From Eledone cirrhosa (taxonomy: Eukaryota): 64,000 nt of DNA. The position numbers were made by a program, and so were the translations under genes. The notes below the pieces were generated by a model. It had not been told where the DNA came from and ran no database searches. It saw only the letters and a program-made list of their open reading frames with translations. Positions 54,470-64,000 of this stretch are shown here, in pieces (position 1 is the stretch's first letter; every line of letters begins with the position of its first letter). The stretch lies in assembly GCA_964016885.1 (NCBI GenBank), contig OZ024759.1:15996001-16060000 (forward strand). The letters are read 5' to 3'.

Positions 54470-55150
54470 TATAAACATTTGAATTAAGAAACCACATAAA
54501 ACCACATTAAGAAAACATCCTTATAATTTTTTTTTAAAAACTATGACTGCTTCCAATTAAAATTTCAAGACTTTATTTTAAATAACTAAATTTTCACAAG
54601 GATCTATCAAATCATCTATCTATCTATCAAAGATACTATAAAAATTTTGATTAACAAACCACATTAAGAAGACATTCTTGAAAAGTATAAAACAGAAGTA
54701 TGACTGCATCACATTAAAAACTAAAAGCTTTACTCTAATACTACACATTTTCACAAAGATCTGTCCACAAAACAACATACATTTGAATTAATAAACCACA
54801 TTAGCAAGGCATTCTTGAAAATAAAACTGCATCATGACTGCATCACATTAAAAAATAAATGCTTTACTCTAATGCTAGTATTTTTTTACAATGATCTGTC
54901 CACCAAACAACATAGATTTGAATTAATAAACCACATGAGCAAAACATTCTTGAAAAGTACAAAACAGCAAGATGACAGCGCACCAGTAATACACTGGGTA
55001 ATTGCTGGCCTTGTTCCAAAAGTAGAAACAATTAAATATTGCAGTTTTTTTCTTTAGTTTATTGTAAGTGTTCACAAAGTAATTATACTTTAAACATTTG
55101 AAAAAACAAACCAGTTTTTAGATATCTTCTGCTAAATCATCATAAGAGTT
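54470..55150. repeat. Diverged ~130-bp tandem repeat related to the 47.4-48.1 kb repeat
   Basis: Shared CTTTACTCTAATACT..ATTTTCACAA and CATTTGAATT.A.AAACC motifs. Confidence 0.65.
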
Positions 55151-55506
55151 AATAAAATTTTCTCTCCTTCCTGACAATCATATTTAAGTCCTTTTTCTTG
55201 GATCGAACCTGACGTTCATACCTCCAGATCGATAAAATAACTAGCATTTATAGGTGATACGAAGGAGATGAGTCAATTGAATATATCACCCATCACATGG
55301 CATATATCGATCTTATGACTAAGGACAGAAATCGATCTCTATTATTTATTCTTCGACCTACATATACGCAAACTTACGTAAATACATACACATATACACA
55401 CATACACATATACACATATACACGCATACACACTTCATACGCAACGAATATTACCTATTTCTTTCTGTGCATGTATTTGTATATATATATATATATATAT
55501 ATACAC

Positions 55507-55789
<283 letters not shown>

Positions 55790-55911
55790 AATATATATAT
55801 ATATATACATACACACACACACATATATATATGTATGCATACATATATATGTGCATAGCCGTGTGGTTGTAAGTACGTGTGTATATATATATTTGTGCGT
55901 GATATGTGTGC

Positions 55912-55950
<39 letters not shown>

Positions 55951-56085
55951 GTGAGTTTTATTGTAGCACAATAAAGCAATGCAAATATCGGATAAGTAGC
56001 ACTCAACAGTTTATAGGACTGTACATATGTAGATTTAACACTTCACTGCTCGCAAGTGTTTTTTAAACTTCATATCATGTCTCCC

Positions 56086-56156
56086 TATTTTATCTGATGA
56101 GAACGCAAGTATCATCCCATGATGATATTTGTTTTTGAAATGCGCATAATAAAATA
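56086..56156 (+). ncRNA. Type I hammerhead ribozyme (best-preserved copy)
   Basis: Stem I TATTTTAT/ATAAAATA 8 bp; CTGATGA 56094-100; stem II 15 of 16 pairs (56101-116/56121-136); GAAA; stem III palindrome ATGCGCAT; predicted cut after AUA 56148. Lies in a ~245-bp island between (TA)n. Confidence 0.85.
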
Positions 56157-56191
56157 CATGGAACTCTTTTAACCATCTTTTGATCTTATAT

Positions 56192-56269
<78 letters not shown>

Positions 56270-56796
56270 GTATATTTGCCTTATTCTTATCATTATAACG
56301 CTGTCTCCTCTCGTTTCTATTTGGTAACGTATTACCGTTCCTTATTAATGTTACTCTAACCACTACCTTCCGTTCCCTTTTAATAGTAGCTTCTTATAAT
56401 GGAGTTGTAGGAACGCCGTTGTAACATACAGCCTTTCTTTGTCATTTTAAACCCGGCGGAGTCCATCTCTTCAGAACACAGAACAAATAGCGCAGTCATT
56501 ATTTCCTACGTCCTAACGCAATGAATTCCAATGTGGAAGCAGGGAGACTCATGAGAGGGCACTGGAAGACAAGGGAATGATAGGTGTATTGTTGTTAGAA
56601 GGCCAGGAATTGTGAGGGCAGAAAGGGGACACAAATTAGTAGTTGCTCGTAAAACGGTCCCCTTTTGTGATTCAGTAAATGCTGCAATAAAATTTTTAAA
56701 AGATTATCCCGTGTTGAAAAAGCCACCACGTTCTGATTCAAAAATGTCATGATAAGAACAACACAAGGTGTCCTTCTCCGACTTAGTTTACTTAAC

Positions 56797-56836
56797 TCTT
56801 CATATGACGAAGGGATTTTATCCCGAAATATTAAAA
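56797..56836 (+). ncRNA. Decayed hammerhead motif
   Basis: ATGACGA-AGGGAT-ttt-ATCCC-GAAATATTA; first core base mutated. Confidence 0.4.
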
Positions 56837-56869
56837 ACTAATTAAACACTTCCAAGATAACATCGGCAC

Positions 56870-57130
56870 AATGTTGGGCTTAAGATAATAATGTCGTCAG
56901 TTCGATTCCTGGACAGGGTACTGCGTTGTGTACTTGAGGAAAACGCTTTATTTTACGTTGCTCCAGTACACTGAGCTGAGAGTGAGTACCAGCAGTATCT
57001 GGGGAGTTAATCCTGCGATAAACCGGCGTCCTATCAAGGGAGAGTCTTGTGCTCTCAGTCGCCTAACCCCAAGGAAACCGAGGATAAGCACAAACTTGAC
57101 GAGCTTTCAGCTAAGAACAGACTTTAACTA
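56870..57130 (+). mobile_element. CORE-like SINE with distinct 3' tail
   Basis: B-box AGTTCGATTCC, CORE-like TGTACTTGAGGAAAACGCTTTATTTTACGTTGCTCCAG, tail GAAACCGAGGATAAGC..GACTTTAAC. Confidence 0.7.
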
Positions 57131-58542
57131 AGATAACATACCAACAACTTTGTTATAGTTATTGTTACTCTATTACGTGTTCCAGCCGACAGGCTGGGGC
57201 CATGCTGAGGCACCGCCATTGTTAATATTTCTTTTTTAACAGTCACAGAAATTCCTTTCGTTTGTTCAAAGTATATCAATTTAGCAACTAAACATTCAGT
57301 TTATACATAAACATATTATGTCAACTATCTTTTACAAAAAGAAATTATACAATGATAGAAATCTGAAAAGAAAAACAGATAAAAACGAAATTAAGTAATG
57401 AAAAAAGGAGGAAGGGGTAAAGAAGGAATAAAGAAGGGCTCGTATTCTATTTGCATTGTTGTAGCCATCTAAATAAAACAGGCCATTTTCTATCAAAATG
57501 TTATTGTCAATGTAAGCTTTAAACCTTTCTATTAACTTTACAGTTGGGATCACTGATGAAATATATTCTCTTTACAAAAAAAATAAAGAAAGGAAACGGT
57601 AGTCCAGAAAATGTTTTGGAACCGCTGTTCTAGCGACTCATCCAATTCTTTTAAGAATCTGTCAATTCGCTGTTAGCAGTCATATTTATTATGTATTATA
57701 CAAGAGTTTTTTTTTGTAGCTGATTCCAGTCTATTGGCGCTATGTGATACGCTCCAATCCAATACTGCGGAAACCTATATAATGGTTGGTTCTGCAAATG
57801 TGTTAATGGCACAGATTATTTTCTTGCTATTCAGATGAGTTTGTGAAGGATTCTTTTTATTTGCTTTGTTTTTGTTTGTTTATATTTGTGATTTCTTTGT
57901 TTGTTGTTGTTTTTCTGTTTCTGTTGTTGTTGTTGTTGTTGTTTTTACATTCTCTGTTAAAATATTCATTCATCATTCTCATTCACACAGCTTTTACACA
58001 CAGATTTACTTTCATCTGAGCTCAGGTATCGATAGAAAGCCAGAATTATGCATATCCTGCATTATCTCCCCTCCCAGCAGTAGTAAATTATCTGTCCGGC
58101 TTACTGTCCAGCTCCTTCATTGTATTGTTACCGATTCCCACTGTTTTGTTCTTTTTACTATAAGGGACACATTTTTTTTTTTTACATTTTCTTTTTACTA
58201 TAAACGACATTTTTTTTATATTGTCGCTAAATTTCCTTCACATTGTTGAGGATACTCAAATTGGGAAGCATTAGCAGAATATAATGTTGTGCCATCAAGT
58301 AAACGAATAGATGACCAGCTGATGGGTGAATTTGTTCCTACATCTCCCCGTGAATGTGCGTGGCCTAGTGGTAATCATGTTCGGCTCACGATAGTGAATT
58401 TGGGATTCTTAATTCTGAACTGGTGTTGTTAGAGATCGTAAGAGTTTCAACTCTGAACCTCTCCTCTTAGATAATTTTTTTCATGTGCATCAATGACCAC
58501 ATTATTGAATATGTACATCTTTTTTTCTTTTTCTTAAGACCT

Positions 58543-59255
58543 TAAGGGTTAAGATTAGGGTTAATGTTAGGGTTAGGGTTAGCTTTAAAGTTTGTGTCAG
58601 TGTGAGGTTTGGGGTTACTGTTAATGTTAGTTTCCGATTTAGATTTACTAGTGTTAAAGTTAGGATTAGTATTAGCTTTCTAGTTAATATTAGGTTTCCA
58701 GTTAGTGTTAATGTTAGTGTTAGTGATAGGTTTACAGTTAGTGTTAGTATTAATAATAGGTTTACAGTTAGTGTTAGTGATAGGTTTGCAGTTAGTGTTA
58801 GTATTACTAATAGGTTTACAGTTAGTGTTAGTGATAGTGATAGGTTTGCAGTTAGTGTTAGTATTAGTGATAGGTTTACAGTTAGTGCTAGTGATAGTGT
58901 TAGTAATAGGTTTACAGTTAGTGTTAATGTTAGTGTTAGTTTACAGTTTACAGTTAGTGTTAGTATTAATAATAGGTTTACAGTTAGTGTTAGTGATAGT
59001 GATAGGTTTACAGTTAGTATTAGTGTTAGTATTAGTGATAGGTTTACTGTTAGTATTAGTGTTGGTGTTGGTGTTAGTATTAATGACAGGTTTACAGTTA
59101 GTGTTAGTGTTAGGTTTACAATTAGTGTTAGTATTTATGTTAGGTTTGCAGTTAGTATTAGTATTAGTATTAGTGGTAGGTTTACATTTAGTGTTAGTGA
59201 TAGTATTAATGATAGGTTTACATTTAGTATTAGTGTTAGTGTTAGTTTTAGTGTT
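58543..59255 (+). repeat. Telomere-like hexamer array (GTTAGG grading to GTTAGT) with higher-order unit
   Basis: TTAGGGTTAGGGTTAG at about 58567-82, then repeated GATAGGTTTACAGTTAGTGTTAGT. Confidence 0.85.
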
Positions 59256-59991
59256 TACTACTATTTCTAACAATACAAGTGACCATCTAGAGATTCGTTC
59301 GTCGGCTCAAAATATAAACTATTTTCCACTGAGGGAAATTTCAATATATCTCAATTTTTTTGTTTTGTTTCCTTTTTTGTCAGCTTCTTTTTCTGCTTTT
59401 CTTTTTTTTTTTTTGAAGAGGGTGGAGTGGATGGTGTTGTTATTGTTTGGGGGGTTTGGGGGAGTGGGGGAGCTCTGTACCAATCTTTGTATCTTCAAAG
59501 ATCAGTTCTTCAGTAGCAGGATTTAAATCTAACTAATATATATATATATATTTTTTTTATTCATCCTTATCTTTGACTGTCATTTCTCCATATCCACACC
59601 TTCATCCATCACCATAGAAACCTTTTCCATACATACACTTTATATTCATACCAAGCCTTCTCTGGGTTTGTTTGTTTGTTTGTTTTCCTTTTTGTATGTG
59701 TCGTTTCAAGATATCTCCTCTTTAATTCTTCTCTGGTGCCGCTCAGTCTTCTATGATAATTATCCCAGCTTTTTCAATCTCTTTTTAAAACACTAATTCT
59801 ATACAATTCCTTATATAAAACACTTTACACTACTACTTTTGCTGACTCTGACTCTGACTCTCTCTCTCTCTCTCTCTTTCCCCTCCTCTTTCTCTCACTC
59901 ACTACTACTACTCTATCTCTCTACCCCTCCTCTTTCTCTCACTCTCTCTCTCTCTTCCCTTCCTCTTTGTCTTATTCTCTCTCTCTCTCTC

Positions 59992-60022
<31 letters not shown>

Positions 60023-60075
60023 TACCCACTCTCCCTTTCTTTATCTCTGCCTCTGTCTTTCTCTCCCTCTCTCCC

Positions 60076-60109
<34 letters not shown>

Positions 60110-60362
60110 TTTTATGTCTCTTTCTCTCTCTATCTATCTATCTATCTCCTTTTCCTTTTCAATCTGTCTCTCTCTCCAAATATATTCTTCACAACTATTT
60201 CCCCCTCTCTCACTCTCACCCTCTCTTTCTCCCCTTTACAAATTACCCCCCCCCCCCTCTCTCTCTCTAACTAACTAATTAATCATCTTTCTCTCTTCTT
60301 CATACTCAGTACTTAAATCCTATTACAATCATTTGTTGGATCTTAACAGGATTGGCGAGATA

Positions 60363-60406
<44 letters not shown>

Positions 60407-60554
60407 GTGTGTGTATGTGTATGTGTTTGTGCATGTGTTATCATCATCATCATCATCATCATCATTATAATCATCATCATACAGTGGATTATGTTGTCAT
60501 AGACACATTCATTATATCTGTAAAAACTAACATTTCCTTTTAGAAATTAATTTT

Positions 60555-60705
60555 TTGTTCTACTTTTGGCACAAGGCCAGCAATTACCCCCAGTCCATTA
60601 CTGGTAGTTTTGTTTATCGACCGCGTAAGAATGAAAGACAAAGTTAACCTCGGCAGGATTTGAACTCAGACCGTAAAGGGGCGTAACTCTATGCCAATCC
60701 ACCGC
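60555..60705 (-). mobile_element. Meta/MESC-like SINE
   Basis: rc core and tail as in the other copies. Confidence 0.85.
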
Positions 60706-60867
60706 TATTTAGAAAATTTAGGAATTGATAAATACAAAGTCATTCACCTTTAAAGGTTAAATTTCTAAAAGAATTTTAACCGGTCTAGGTAGAAATTTAT
60801 AATAAAATTGGACCATAATTGTCAAATGGGAAATATTTCATGTAGTTTAATTTCCCATATAAGACTC

Positions 60868-61330
60868 CTAAAGCATGGCTTGAGCGGTGCAGGCGTCATT
60901 TCTAAGCTCGAGCCAATGAAGTTGGACCGGTGGACGGCAAAAGGACAGACGGCATGACAATCTTCCCGTTCCGCGGTAGGGTTGGCCCTTCATCTGGGAT
61001 GCTACATTCTGTGACACTTTCTCTAGTGGCAACCTGATGCGTTCGGGTACCAGCCCAGGCTCAGCTGCCCGCCAAGACGAAGAGGGCAAATTGTCCAAGT
61101 ATTGGCCGCTCTCTGATGGGTTTGCAGTAGAGGCTATAGCATTGTAGAGTTCCAGCGTTCTTAGCCCCCCGGAATACATCCCTGCTCACTGGTATCGGAG
61201 CAGAGTTGGATGCCCAACGAGGTAGAGTGGATGTTCCAGTGTGTCTCCCAATCTCCAAACGCAATGTGTTCTCCCTCCTGTCGGCCGAGACCTTGAGGCG
61301 GGAGGTAAGATAGTTAGAAGTGGAGGATAC
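60868..61330 (+). pseudogene. CRE-clade RLE endonuclease fragment
   Basis: With frameshifts: AGVISKLEP..LDR.DGKRTDGMTIFPF....IWDATFCDTFS.....PGSAA...E..K.SKY..L...F.VEAIA, the CRE PD-(D/E)XK region. Confidence 0.8.
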
Positions 61331-61334
61331 AGAT

Positions 61335-61660
61335 ATACATACATACATACATACATACATACATACATACATACATACATACATACATGGTGGCTGCCAA
61401 CTCGTTTTCGAGTACGGCCACTACTTTATATCCATGTAGGAGAACCCCTACCGATGCGCTGAACGAGTGTGACTTTTTAGTCTCAGCCAGTGACTTGAAA
61501 ACTCTGGTACAAACACTACACTTGTGACAATTATTGACACATAGTGCTGGGCCCATGGTACCATGTGACGACAAGTGCAGAGAGATCTCCAGATATAAAG
61601 CAATGCCTGTGCCGTGAAGCTTTTATAGTGAGCAAAGGCACTGCACAAAGCCAGTCCCAC
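61335..61660 (-). pseudogene. RTE (BovB-like) 3' end with C2H2 finger and (ATGT)n tail
   Basis: HKCSVCTRVFKSLA + LKSHTRSAHR across a frameshift; 3' hairpin CTCGAAAACGAG, then (ATGT)n. Confidence 0.65.
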
Positions 61661-61760
61661 TCTCTTAACCAAGATGATATTTACCAAAAAGAAGAACAAG
61701 TCAACATCATTGGATACCATCAGGGTTGCAGGTGTTATATACATACATACATACATACAT

Positions 61761-62743
61761 ATCAAAAAATATCATTAGAATAACGACTGATCTGGAGGAG
61801 AGATATGGAATAAAGCCTGATATAAATCTCTCACCCAGAGAAATCGGAAGATCCTATTCAATGTTCAAACAAGATAAAAAAATTGACCAATCTACAGAAA
61901 AAGTTGTGCATGGATACTTGAGACGTAAAACACAGACCATAGAGGGGATAAACCACTCAAAAAGCCTGGCATGGAGTTCCGACAGGTTTATGACATCACA
62001 CCTTGAGGGATATCTCTATGCAATACAGGAACAAGAACTCCCTACCAAATATCTGCTGCACAAAACAGGAGGGCCAGCAGCTGACAATAAATGTAGGCTA
62101 TGTAAAACAAAATCGAGGATGTAAGCCACATTGTTGCCAGCTGCGAAAGAATGTCATCTCGCTACTACCTCCCCATGAGACACAATGGGATAGCTAGAAC
62201 CATCTGGAACGCACTTCGGAAAACAAAATTAACAACAAACGAGGAAGAATATATTGAGACAGATGGCACTAAGGAATACTGGTGGAACATGAAAATAAAA
62301 ACTGCCACCAAATTAAAGCACAACCGCCCTGATATTGTTGTTTGGGACCACATATTGAAAACGTGTTCTGTTGTGGAGATCAGCTGCCCACTTGATGTAA
62401 ACGTTGTCAGAAAAATACAGGAGAAGGAGGACATCTACGGACCATTGATGAGGAGTTTACAAATCCAGTATCCAAGATACACCTTTAGCTTCATACCCAT
62501 CATTATTGGAGCTACGGGTTATATACCAACCCGCTTAGACCAAAGTATGACTGAACTTGGATTTGCGGACAAAAGGCGCAGCTCCCTAATTCATAGTCTA
62601 CAAATGGCTGCGATAGCTGGCGCCTTCAAAATTTGCAAAACATTCTTGCGATTCAAGGGATGACAATTTATTTTCGTTTACAACCTTGCCACCAGGAAGG
62701 TGGCCGGTCAAAAAAATATACTCGAAATTAAGAGAAAGAGATA
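61761..62743 (+). pseudogene. R4/Dong-clade RLE retrotransposon, 5'-truncated
   Basis: HG Y, EGYLYAIQEQEL.TK, CRLCK..(frameshift near 62110)..EDVSHIVASC, RHN, KHNRPDIVVWD, VEISCP, KEDIY, IPIIIGATG; stop at 62663; (TACA)n on both sides. Confidence 0.88.
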
Positions 62744-62807
62744 ACATACATACATACATACATACATACATACATACATACATACATACATACATACATA
62801 CATACAT

Positions 62808-63413
62808 AATATGAAAGAGTACTGGTGGAATGTTCTAGTAAAAAAAAATCAATAAAATGCAGGCATAACAGACCAGTTATAATGATATGGGACAGGGAAG
62901 AGAAGGTATGCACAGTAGTGGAAGTTAGCTGTCCAGCAGATGCCAATATAATATCAAAGATAAGTGAAAAGGTGAATATCTATGCAGAACTAATGAGAAA
63001 TCTGCAGATACTCCACCCTGATTATACCTTCAGATTTATACCTGTGATTATTGGGGCACTGGGATATGTTAGTAACTGCCTCAATACAAATCTTGAGAAG
63101 CTGGGCTTCACAGGAACAGAAAGAACACTAGTTAGGAAATTACAAGTACAATCAATTAATGGAACAGTAAAAATATGTAAAACATTCCAAAAATTCTGAT
63201 CTAATAACTCCATGTACACATGTACACATATAACTCAAAATATACACCTCCACACATACAATAACATCCATACCTGCACACACATGCATACATGCAGACA
63301 TATCTACTTAGTTGATGTTGTTTAAATTCCAATAAGAGAGTCTTGTATCTATGTTAGAAACCGACTCTCTCTCTCTATTGGCAAAAATTTATGAAATTAT
63401 AAAACCAGAAGAA
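62808..63413 (+). pseudogene. Second, divergent R4/Dong-clade 3' fragment
   Basis: EYWWN..RHNRPVIMIWDREEK.C.VVEVSCP..K.NIY..IPVIIGALG..CKTFQKF; RPD mutated to RPV; (TACA)n flanks. Confidence 0.85.
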
Positions 63414-63469
63414 CATACATACATAAAATTACGAAAGATGTGTCCAATTATTTACATCCAGGTAGTCAG

Positions 63470-63692
63470 GTCACCTGGATGAAGGTGACTATGTTGTAAG
63501 ACCTGAACCACTCAATGACTCCAGGATGCAACACTAATGAAATCGTCTCATAATTAGGCCACTTAGATAAAGGTGACTATGTTGTAAGACCTAAAACACA
63601 CAGAGACTCCAGAATGCAACACTAATGAAAGAGTCTCATAATTAGGCTACTGAGATGAAGGTGACTATGTTGTAAGACCTGAAACAGTCATG
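63470..63692 (+). repeat. 88-bp tandem repeat (~2.4 units) with hammerhead-like motif
   Basis: AAGGTGACTATGTTGTAAGACCT at 63482, 63570 and 63658; last unit GATGA-AGGT..ACCT-GAAAC-A-GTC. Confidence 0.7.
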
Positions 63693-63905
63693 TATGAAAA
63701 ACAATTCTGTTAGTAGTGACTCAACACTAGAGGCGATGATGGGTAAGTCTATTAACTCCAGAGAAAATGTGACACTATTCACAAAATATGAACTTTTGCT
63801 ATTTCCCCCACCACCACCACCAGTTGTCTAATTATCTTCTTTTCCAGAGGCACTTGTCATATATATCACCAGCTATCCAGCCATATATATATATATATAT
63901 ATATG

Positions 63906-64000
<95 letters not shown>

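Noticed and set aside
57332-57553. 73-aa minus ORF as a host exon
   Set aside because: No recognisable domain, no convincing donor site and no neighbouring exons.
58350-58420. tRNA gene
   Set aside because: Degenerate SINE head with a broken B-box; no cloverleaf. The same applies to other A/B-box hits.
58602-59526. Long repetitive ORFs (SVSDRFTV / LVLVIGLQ)
   Set aside because: Products of the hexamer satellite.

Overview
AT-rich, microsatellite-saturated metazoan DNA. The SINE families and repeat landscape look like Octopus (inferred from recalled repeat consensus, not from a search). I found no credible host-gene exon, and most six-frame ORFs are translated microsatellites. The only intact coding unit is a full-length Tx1-clade (L1-superfamily) LINE at 14771-20569, with ORF1 (CCHC knuckle) and ORF2 (APE-RT-CCHC), an 11-bp TSD, and a position stacked on an older truncated relative. 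The rest is retroelement debris: about 25 tRNA-derived Meta/MESC-like SINE copies, often in stacked arrays, CORE-like SINEs, RTE, RTE-X, CRE and R4/Dong fragments, Penelope RT remnants, a solo LTR and mariner/hAT MITEs. Three observations stand out. (1) About a dozen type I hammerhead ribozyme motifs sit mostly in small non-coding islands within (TA)n; several are intact, one pair shows covariation, and one element is a circularly permuted ~487-nt retrozyme-like 1.1-mer. (2) The dominant SINE and the Tx1 LINE share a 3' stem-loop and the habit of re-inserting at the same site. (3) Different retroelement clades appear to occupy different microsatellite types.
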